Origin: Dendrobates tinctorius
Lineage: Eukaryota
Length of the DNA stretch: 64,000 nt
Assembly (NCBI RefSeq): GCF_039654945.1
Contig: NW_027361738.1
Coordinates: forward strand, 9,858,001-9,922,000
Direction: 5' to 3'
Numbering within the stretch: position 1 is the first letter of the stretch; every line of letters starts with the position of its first letter. Below the pieces are notes generated by a model. The model ran no database searches, had not been told where the DNA came from, and saw nothing but the letters and a program-made list of their open reading frames with translations. Position numbers and translations under genes: made by a program. Shown here in pieces: positions 55,995 through 64,000 of the stretch.

Positions 55995-56620
55995 TAGCAG
56001 AGCTGTGTGTGTACAAGGTGTACGGAGTGGATATGTATGTGTACAAGGTGTATGAAGCGGAGCCGTGTGTGTACAATGTGTACGAAGTGGAGATGTGTGT
56101 GTACAAGGTGTACAGAGTGGAGCCGTGTGTGTACAACGTGTACGGAACAGAGCCATGTGTGTACGAAGTGTACGGAGCCATGTGTGTGTACGGAGTGGAG
56201 CCGCATGTGTACAGGGTGTATAAAAAAGAGCCCTGTGTGTGTACGAAGTGTACAGAGTGGAGCCATGTGTGTACTAAGTGTACGGAGCAGAGCCGTGTGT
56301 GTACGAGGAGTACAAAGCAGAGCCGCGTGTATGGAGCGGAGCCGCGTGTGTAAGAGGTGTATGGAGCAGAGCCGCATGTGTACAAGGTTTACGGAGTGGA
56401 GCCAAGTGTGTTTAAGAGGTGTACGGAGCGTGGCTGCGTGTGAACGAGGTGTATGGAGCAGAGCGGCATTTGTACAACGTTTACAGAGCGGACCCATGTG
56501 TGTACTGAGTGGAGCCGTGTGTGTGAGGTGTATGGAGCGGAGCCGTGTGTGTACGAGGCATACAAAGCAGAACCATGTGTGTATGAGGTGTGCGGAGCCG
56601 TGTGTGTACAAGGTGTATGG
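55995..56620. repeat. About 27-30-bp GT-rich minisatellite inside the hAT element
   Basis: About 20 degenerate units of gtgtgtacaaggtgtacggagtggagcc. Confidence 0.9.
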
Positions 56621-57092
56621 TGTGGGACAGTCCCGATTTTAAGATTCTGTCCCAACCGGGAGCTTACTTTTCCCGTGGATGCGGGAGTACACGGCAGAGC
56701 CCTGAGGAGCATGTGACATTCCACCGGAAGTGACGTGCTGGAAGTTGACGAGAAATGAGGTAATTTTGGGAGGAGATTGTGACGGAATCATGGAGGCACT
56801 TCAGGGAATGCTTCAGATCCATCACTGTGTCCTCCTCCGACAGGGATCGCCTTGGACCCAGAGATGCCAACCATGTAAGCGGATCATGATATGTCCTGTA
56901 TCGGGAGGCTCAGGTGGGCATTACAATGGAAGTGGGGCTGCTATAGTATCTGTATAGAATCTTTCTTTCTCTCTCTGTTTCTTTCTCTCTTCTTTCTTTC
57001 TCTGTTCTTTCTCTCTGCTCTTTCTTTCCCCTCTTTCTTTCTCTCTGTTCTTTCTTTCTATGTCTGCTCTTTCTTTATCTCTCTGTTCTTTC

Positions 57093-57967
57093 TGTTACGA
57101 ATGGGTCACCGAGGAGGAGAGCAGGTCCAGGCTAAGCCACAGAAAACCAGAGAGGTTGGTACCTAAGCGGATTGCAGACCCCTTATCCTATGCCTCAGCA
57201 CAGCCGAAGAGCTAACTAAGCCTAAAGCAAGAAAGGGGAAATCTAAACTGCCCCGGAGCAGACCCCAAAGGAATAGATAGCCCCCAAACATATATTGTCG
57301 GTGAGACAAGATGAAAACACAAAACACAGGCAGGAAAATAGAATGATCAAATGATGGGGCCCACATTGACTAGACAGGAAAGGAAAGACACTGTCTGCAA
57401 TCACGCAAAAAACCCTGCAAAAAGTCCAATACGCCTGATGCAAAAAACACTGAAGTCACATGACTTCGCCCCCACTTTATCAGCACTCTTGTATATTCTG
57501 AAAGCAGAGCAAAAAGAGACCAATCTAATAAGGGATAAAACAAACTGGCACAAGCAGTAACATATGGGTGGTGATTCAGCACAGCCCTAGCCGAAGCTGG
57601 CTGACCTGCACCAAGAAGAGATAGACAAAACCAGATCAAATGCAAACAGAATATCAAATAAACCACTTAGCTGAACATGCAGGGAAAGATCTGAAGAAAT
57701 CAGACCTCAGGAGGAACAGGAAGCAAATCACCAGCAGGGATAGAGGGAGTCGGCTGTCTTAAATCCCAATCTGAAAATCTGAAACCCCAGATCTCCAATC
57801 ATCATCATCATCATCAGGTGGCAAGCCTCTGTCAATCAGATCAGCTCCATTACCTCCAGTAACCATCAGAGGGAGCCCAGAAAGAGAACTCGCAACCCCT
57901 CTGTCGATCTGACCAGCTCCACTACCTTCAGTAATAACCAGAGGGAGGCCAGAAAGCGAAATCAACA
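57093..57967. mobile_element. Probable solo LTR inserted into a CT-rich tract of the hAT element
   Basis: Starts TGTTACG and ends AACA, interrupts a (CT/TTTC)n tract, and has an internal about 72-bp tandem duplication. No clean TSD. Confidence 0.55.
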
Positions 57968-58824
57968 AAATCTTTCTCTCTCTATTTTCTTTCTTTCCCC
58001 TCTTTCTTTCTTTCCCCTCTTTCTTTCACTCTCTCTATGTTCTTTCTTCTCTTTGTTTTTTCTTTCTCTCTGTTCTTTCTTTTTCTCTCTTCCCCAATTT
58101 CATTCTCTCTCTCTGTTCTTTCCTTCTTTCTTTCTCTCTCTGTTCTCTCTTTCCCCTGTTTCTTTCTCTCTGTGTTCTTTCTTTCCTTCTTTTTTTTCTC
58201 TCTCTGTTCTTTTTTTTTTTGCTCTCTGTTCTTTCTTTCTCTCTATTCTTCCTTTCTCTCTCTATCTCTCTGTTTCCTTTTTCTCTCTTTCTGTTCTTTC
58301 TTTCTTTCTTTTCCTCAGTACCAGCCATTGTGCCCATACTTTCAGCCACTATGCCCTCAGTACCAGTCAGTGTGATCAGCAGTGCTAAATGGGTGCTGTT
58401 GGGGCATGGATTATGGGTGTGACTAGTTGTGAAATGGGTGTGCTCGGATGTGGCCTAACATTTTCTGTGCGCCCGACCATGGCTTGCCCCCCCTAGTTTT
58501 GATCCTGGGTATGCCCATGGGCTACAGCAGAACAAAGTGAAGGTTCTGGAGTGGCCATTTCAGTCTCCTGACCTCAATATCATCGAGTCATTCTGGGGAG
58601 ATCTCAAGTGCACAGTTCATGCTAGACAGCCTAGGAATTTACAGGAACTGGAGGCTTTTTGCCAAGAAGAGTAGGCAGCTTTACCAGCTGAGAAAATAAA
58701 GAACCTCATCCACAACTACCACAAAAGACTTCAAGCTGTCATTGATGTTATAGGGGGAAATACACAGTATTAAGAAATGGGGTATGTGAACTTTTTTTAT
58801 CAGGGTCATTTGGCTTTTTTCTGG

Positions 58825-59274
58825 TGACTCAACCATGGAGCCCATTTTTCTTCAAGTGCCTCCTCATTGTGCATCTTGAGACAGCCACACCACTAGTTTT
58901 TAGAGTCCAGTATTTCAGCTGATGTTATATGTAGGTTTTTCTTTGCATCCCTAAAAATTTCCTGGCATTTCTCATAGGTCCACAGGTGAGGATGTTACCT
59001 TTAGTAGCCATTCAAACCCATTTGTGCCAACTTATGTGCATGTTATCAGGCCAAAATCATTAGATTATGTAAATTTTTGTTCATGGTCATTTGGATGTTT
59101 TGGGTTGTCATTATTTTTTATAAAGAGAAAACACAGTAGTTTGACAATAAATGGCTTCACCCAACCACTAACCATGAGTGGAGAAAAGGTTTTGGTGTTA
59201 TCATTCATATTCTCTGAAAAAAGACCAAGAAAGCAACAATTCTGCCAGGGTATGTAAACTTTTGAGCACAACTG
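58825..59274 (-). mobile_element. Inverted, internally deleted Tc1 left end with TIR
   Basis: agcccatttttcttcaagtgcctc is approximately the reverse complement of the transposase sequence at about 54541-54565. The terminus is gtatgtaaacttttgagcacaactg|TA. Confidence 0.75.
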
Positions 59275-60725
59275 TATGTCCCTTATCCTGCTGTATATAT
59301 GTATATATCCCACATTCTGGTATGCTTGTTCCCCATTCTGGTATATATAGACAATTCTGCTGCTGTTCTTTAATGAATAGCAAAATCATGATTCCACACA
59401 CCTTCCTTTGAAGTCAGCAACTGACTTCAATGTGCAAGCAAAGGGAGAGCATGATGTCACTGCTGTGCATCCCCCGTCATGTGTTGTGCGTGCCGACGTC
59501 AGCTGCTGGCCTGTAATTGATCCGGCAGCGTTTATTGCACTGCACAGGCCCAGTACAAGTTTGCACTGGTGTTGGAGGGCCCCTCACCTGCATGGGCCCA
59601 GTCATGGTCATGGCCTCTGTGACCAAAATCAGAACACCCCTACCTACACATAACCACCGAGGCCAGTAATTGGGTGCAGTGGTCACGTGCTGGCAGCTTG
59701 TGAGAAAAGACCTCTGAGGAGTGTTGTTTTGAATATTAGAACATTTACAGCTCTATGCAGGGAACCCAATTGGAAGAAGAAACTCAACGTGGCTGGATCC
59801 AGTGTTTCCTTGGGACATAAGCTCGGAGTGTGGCTTATTCTTTTAGTATGGCAGTGAATATACATGCATTACATGTAAGGTTCCCTATTATGCTCAGAGA
59901 CAGAGGAGATTGGAAGGAACACACAGGAGACAAACATGTTGTCTGGTCAATAGATGCCAATAAATAGCATCTACGATTCATTGTGTCTGCTGGAGTTGCC
60001 ATGGATATTAAGGCCAGGTTTCCATACATCTGTGCAATCAGGCTCCGTGTTCTAGGGCCTCACCATGGCATCAGGCTTTTTAAACAATCTCTACTGCAAA
60101 GCTGGTGATCCAGGTAAAAAAAAACCATGTTTGATGGGTCTGACAAAACAACTGATGAGCTGAGTGAATGTGAATGATTCCATATCAAACTATGGGACTT
60201 GTTTTTACATAATTTTGCCTCCGACTTTTCATTACCGTGACGGATGTAGAAAAATCCAGATGGTCAAGAAGGAGGAAAAAAGGCTTTAGTGCTCACTGGC
60301 TCTTCACCACCCAGATTATGACTACTGCTACAAGAATCTAACCCTACAACAAGGGTCAAATGAATGACCTAGTTACAGGCAAAAAATCTAATGTCATTGA
60401 AAAATAATTTCTTATTTCTAAAATAAAGTAAGAAAAAAAAGAAAATCATTAAACAACTTAAAGTGCCACCAGGTCCTTATATATACTGTATATATAATAT
60501 ATTTTTGTAAAAGATAAATTTGTTGTGTAATTTTGAGCACCATAAAAATATTTCTATACAATTTTACAATATGTGAAACGAACTATAAACTAATAAACTA
60601 TAAAATAATCACAAACCAAACCTTAGCCATTATTAGCCAGCCAAATTCCAAATCATAGATCAAAATGATCAGGATGAAATGGAAGACCCCTGTCTACTAA
60701 GATAGACACACTTAAATGTTCTATT

Positions 60726-62017
60726 TGGGTCACCCTCCCTGGGCTGTGGGGTGTGTCACAGCGGCGGTGACCCGGACCGTGGCCCTGGGCGCCCAAGTAA
60801 TAGGAAGATGTGAATGGTGGAATGTAGTTAAAAGAATAGTTCGTGACGCCACCTGTGGTGCTCGGCAAGGGATGTGTTAAGCCGACGCTGCATGCAGATC
60901 CTCCATCCTCCGGGACAGATGGTGTGGTGCAGCAATGATGTTATAGCCCTCCACAGGCAGGGCTGTTGTCCCAGGGCAGTGTAGATGTGGAGACACTTAG
61001 ATGGGGTAGTGTTTGGCGCAGGGGATGTAGCAGTGCCAGACGGACGTACGCAGGAAGGAATGAAGGACACCAGGACATGTAGTTCCGAAGCTTTACTCAC
61101 AGTCCGTAGTGCCCGCTTCTGTGCCGTGTCCTCCGGGTCAGGGACTCAGTCAACCTCCAGGCAAGATGGAATGCTCCCTTCCACACTCCACCAACTTATG
61201 TGCCTTTTCCTGAACGTCTCCTCTATAGCGCCTTTAAGTGTGAAGATCTCCTAGTACCGTGTTACACTGGAGTTCCTCCTGACAGATGTTCCCAAGAACT
61301 CTACTTGCACTGCAGACAGCTGTAGCCTGCTTCGGGGACTCTCTACTCCTGAGTCCCGGCTCTCTATCCGTGTTGCTGTTGTGCCCTCAAGTCTTAGATG
61401 GGAGTAGTGCATTTACAGCCCACTACTCCACCGGTGTCTGCTGCAGAACCATTAGTGTCCATACAACCTCGGGGACCGGGCCCCGGCCTTGCGCTTAGAA
61501 CTTCTAGGCAGGATTCTTCCTCTAACCCGCGTCCTCTGTGTTCCTTTTTACTCCTACGTTCCGTACTTGTCTTTTCCCTTCTATGGAAGCTCAGGCTTCA
61601 GTTCAATGTCCTTCTCCTTCTTTCCTTTCCCGTGCCAACTGGCTCAGATCACTGAGGCAGCTGCAGCAGTCCTTCCTCCATCCCTCTTCAAGGGATCCCC
61701 ACTCCTCTCTGAGTGGCTTCCTCTCTCACAGACCTCCTGTCAGACTGACCTGTAATCCTAAACCATCCCGCTCATATATATATTCTGAACTCCACCCACC
61801 TCCCAGCACGTCTAGTGTTCCAAGCAGGGAACCACCAAAGGTGCTCTGCTTCTCTCTAAGCAAGGAGCCGCAATGTGGTTTTGCTGAAATACTCTATTGT
61901 GTGGGTTGCGAGTGTTGGAGCGTGGTCAGGAGCCTCCAACTTACCTGGATGGTGGGTCACCACACCTTAGGAGAAGGTGCAGTACCTCTGTGGCGACTGA
62001 GCCTCAGGGGTGCCACA
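60726..62017. mobile_element. Solo LTR (Gypsy-like) copy 2, related to 50643-51721
   Basis: Same right end ggggtgccaca, shared agttcgtgacgccacct, homologous left end; flanks TATT/TAAT. Confidence 0.78.
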
Positions 62018-62244
62018 TAATCATCTACCAATCTTTACACAGCAGCTCCGCTTATACATATAGGTTGGAAAACTAAATGTCCTTATGCTGTCTGTATGCA
62101 AAACTCCTAACATATGGAGAGCACAGGGACCAATGCAAGTCGACGTGGCGCTTCACACAAATGTACACACTGACTGTCTGCATGCAAACAAATCACAGCC
62201 TGCATTATAGATATCTATATTCAGGATCAGACTCACCCATTATA

Positions 62245-62617
62245 AAGGGGGTTTTACACATAGCGATATCGCTAAAGGATCACCGATTTGGTGACGCAGC
62301 AGCGATATCGCTATGTGTGATACTTACCTCCGACCGGCTCCCCTGCTGTCTGTCGCTGATTACGCGAGATCGCGCAGCTCAATTTCTCGTCGGGCGCTTC
62401 CTGCTGGTGCCGACGAGTGACGCGTGGACGCGGACGGGAGGATGTCAGGATCGCCTCGTCTGAAAGGTAAGTAACGACCGCTGTATTGCTGCTGCATCGC
62501 TGTGAGATCTGCCTGTGTGACAGCTCACTAGCGACCATTTAGCGATGCACCAGCGATCCTGACCGGGTCGTATCGTGGTCGGGATCGCTGGTGCATCGCT
62601 AAATGTAAAGGGGCCTT
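62245..62617. mobile_element. MITE with AAGG...CCTT termini and TA flanks
   Basis: Imperfect TIR aagggggttttacacatagcgat / atcgctaaatgtaaaggggcctt; CpG-rich gcgat/atcgc repeats. Confidence 0.75.
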
Positions 62618-62736
62618 TAGTCAATGGGTGAGTAAAAAAAAACGAATCATGAAGGGGTCACTCACTACCCATTTGTGGTATGTTTTTCATGGACACATTA
62701 CAGTTTCTAAAGATAGGAAACTGTACTTGTCCTTTA

Positions 62737-63711
62737 TCTCTATATATAAAAATCAATGTGTGTGTGTGTATCACCAACCAATCACGAAGCATCTTTCATT
62801 TCACTAGAGCTGTTCAAAAGAAGCTAAGCTGTGATTGGTTGCTATGACCAACAGTTTTCCTTGCAACCAATCACTAAGCATCTCTCATTTCACCAGAGCT
62901 GGTTAAAAGTAGCTGATCTGTGATTGGTTGCTATGCGCTAGTTTTCCCACTTGACAACACCTCAGCAGACACTGACCTGGTGGGAGAAATCTAGCATCCC
63001 CAGGAACATAAGCTCCAGCCATCGTCTGTCCCCCAGAAAGGAGCAGTGAATACATGACAGAAATGAATCCCCCCTCCCGTGTGGTATCATTAAGTGACAC
63101 ACATGAGTGTAGGAAAGTGCACATATTAAATGTCATGTGGATTTAATATTTTCTCACAGACACTTTTATGCATTATTGATGTGTTACTGTGCTCTGATGC
63201 TGTGAGTTTTTTTAAAGTGCTACTTTCCCCACAATTCACCTGAATATACCCATATAACACATAATGCTTTTCCCATAACAACCCATTAAATATGATACTA
63301 TACTGCATACAGATGCTGTACATCCATGAGCAACTCAGCCGGACAAATTACAAGTTGACGGTGCATGAAATGTGTGTGAAGGTTTCTCTACTGTACTAAT
63401 GTATAAGGTTTGTGCCTGTCCATTGGTTAAAAGCATGACTGTGATATTTATGGTGGCAGATAAGTGAGAATATCATCCTGATCAGTAGAAAACCTGGGAT
63501 CTTAGTGAACCATGTTTCTGTGCAATTTCACTATTCTACTGTACTTTTACTGGCTCTGACGGGATGATGTGGGATATTATAGTGAATGTGGCTATGCGGA
63601 GTGGGCGGGGCTCTACACTCAGCTTTATATATATATATATAATCATTATAATTTGTTATAACTAACTGTAGTTAGTTACTATGCCTGGGCAGCGCCGGGC
63701 TCTTCAGCTAG
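62737..63711 (+). mobile_element. Non-autonomous Helitron
   Basis: 5' end A|TCTCTATATATAAAA; 3' GC-rich hairpin gcctgggcagcgccgggc followed by CTAG|T; inserted between A and T with no TSD. Confidence 0.75.
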
Positions 63712-63815
63712 TTATTTATTATATTGTTCATGTATGCAATGGCACAATGGGGTCTTGCTTACTTGGGATAACACCACCTAGCATCTACACACAATCCCAG
63801 TAATGCGGACCTTCA

Positions 63816-64000
63816 GGCTGTGTGCACACGATGCAGATTTGCTGCGGATCCGCAGCGGATTTTACCGCGCAGAAACGTTGCATATCTGCATTGTGATGTA
63901 CAGTAGCCTTAAAATCAATGGAAAAAAAAAAATGCTGTGCAGACGCTGCGGATTTTTCCACGCAGTTTTCCCGCGGTACAAAATCCGCAGCATGATACTT
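63816..64000. mobile_element. Harbinger-type MITE family B copy 2 (cut by window end)
   Basis: ggctgtgtgcacacgatgcagatttgctgcggatccgca is homologous to the left arm at 47644. Confidence 0.8.

Larger units (their letters stand above)
55646..58519. mobile_element. Non-autonomous hAT element (2.87 kb) inserted in the Tc1 transposase
   Basis: Perfect 14-bp TIR catgggcataccca / tgggtatgcccatg and perfect 8-bp TSD ggctacag (55638-55645, 58520-58527). Confidence 0.93.
54540..58773 (+). pseudogene. Inactive Tc1 (DD34E) transposase, 5'-truncated and split by two insertions; segments about 54540-54817, 55457-55645 and 58528-58773
   Basis: Hand translation gives KVIWSDETKIEL...PTVKHRGG | GTGNVIKVEGKMN...FQHGNDPKHKAKSTCHWLQ | QNKVKVLEWPFQSPDLNIIE...GGNTQY*. 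There are 34 residues between the second D position (here G) and E, and several in-frame stops. Confidence 0.93.

Noticed and set aside
55995-56620. Regularly spaced repeats resembling a CRISPR array
   Set aside because: Degenerate tandem units without unique spacers, in a vertebrate context with no cas genes.
55893-56724. Overlapping 110-213 aa Cys/His/Thr-rich ORFs
   Set aside because: They are translations of the minisatellite inside a hAT element and are open in several frames on both strands.
50643-62017. A single 11-kb LTR retrotransposon bounded by the two LTRs
   Set aside because: Each LTR has its own TSD, they are diverged in length and sequence, and no gag/pol lies between them.
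44000-64000. HOTAIRM1 orthologue or HoxA1 pseudogene
   Set aside because: No recognisable HoxA1 residues, and lncRNA exons cannot be identified without alignment or RNA data.

Overview
This is vertebrate genomic DNA containing the anterior half of a HoxA cluster, most likely from a frog given the repeat families and Hox protein sequences. Five intact two-coding-exon homeobox genes lie on the + strand in the order HoxA6 (2616-4439), HoxA5 (5902-7268), HoxA4 (16621-17695), HoxA3 (33938-37743) and HoxA2 (41913-43526), all with GT-AG phase-1 introns. Cis-regulatory elements recognisable from the sequence include DR5 retinoic-acid response elements, Pbx-Hox/Meis sites, the HoxA3 r5/r6 and HoxA2 r3/r5 hindbrain enhancers, CTCF-like motifs, and candidate upstream non-coding exons for long HoxA3 transcripts. 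The core (about 0-47 kb) carries only microsatellites and small inserts. These include about 77-bp TIR-only Tc1 hairpins sitting in (TA)n, and palindromic Penelope-like pLTR remnants next to (GATA)n/(TA)n, two of which retain a minimal hammerhead-ribozyme-like core. In contrast, about 47-64 kb is densely filled with nested transposons (Harbinger MITEs, hAT elements, a TTAA foldback, a dead DD34E Tc1, solo LTRs, a Helitron). HoxA1 is not reached in the 20.5 kb after HoxA2. Seven N-gaps limit interpretation, including one just upstream of HoxA5. No novel protein-coding system was found. Comparisons to other species are from memory and need alignment checks.
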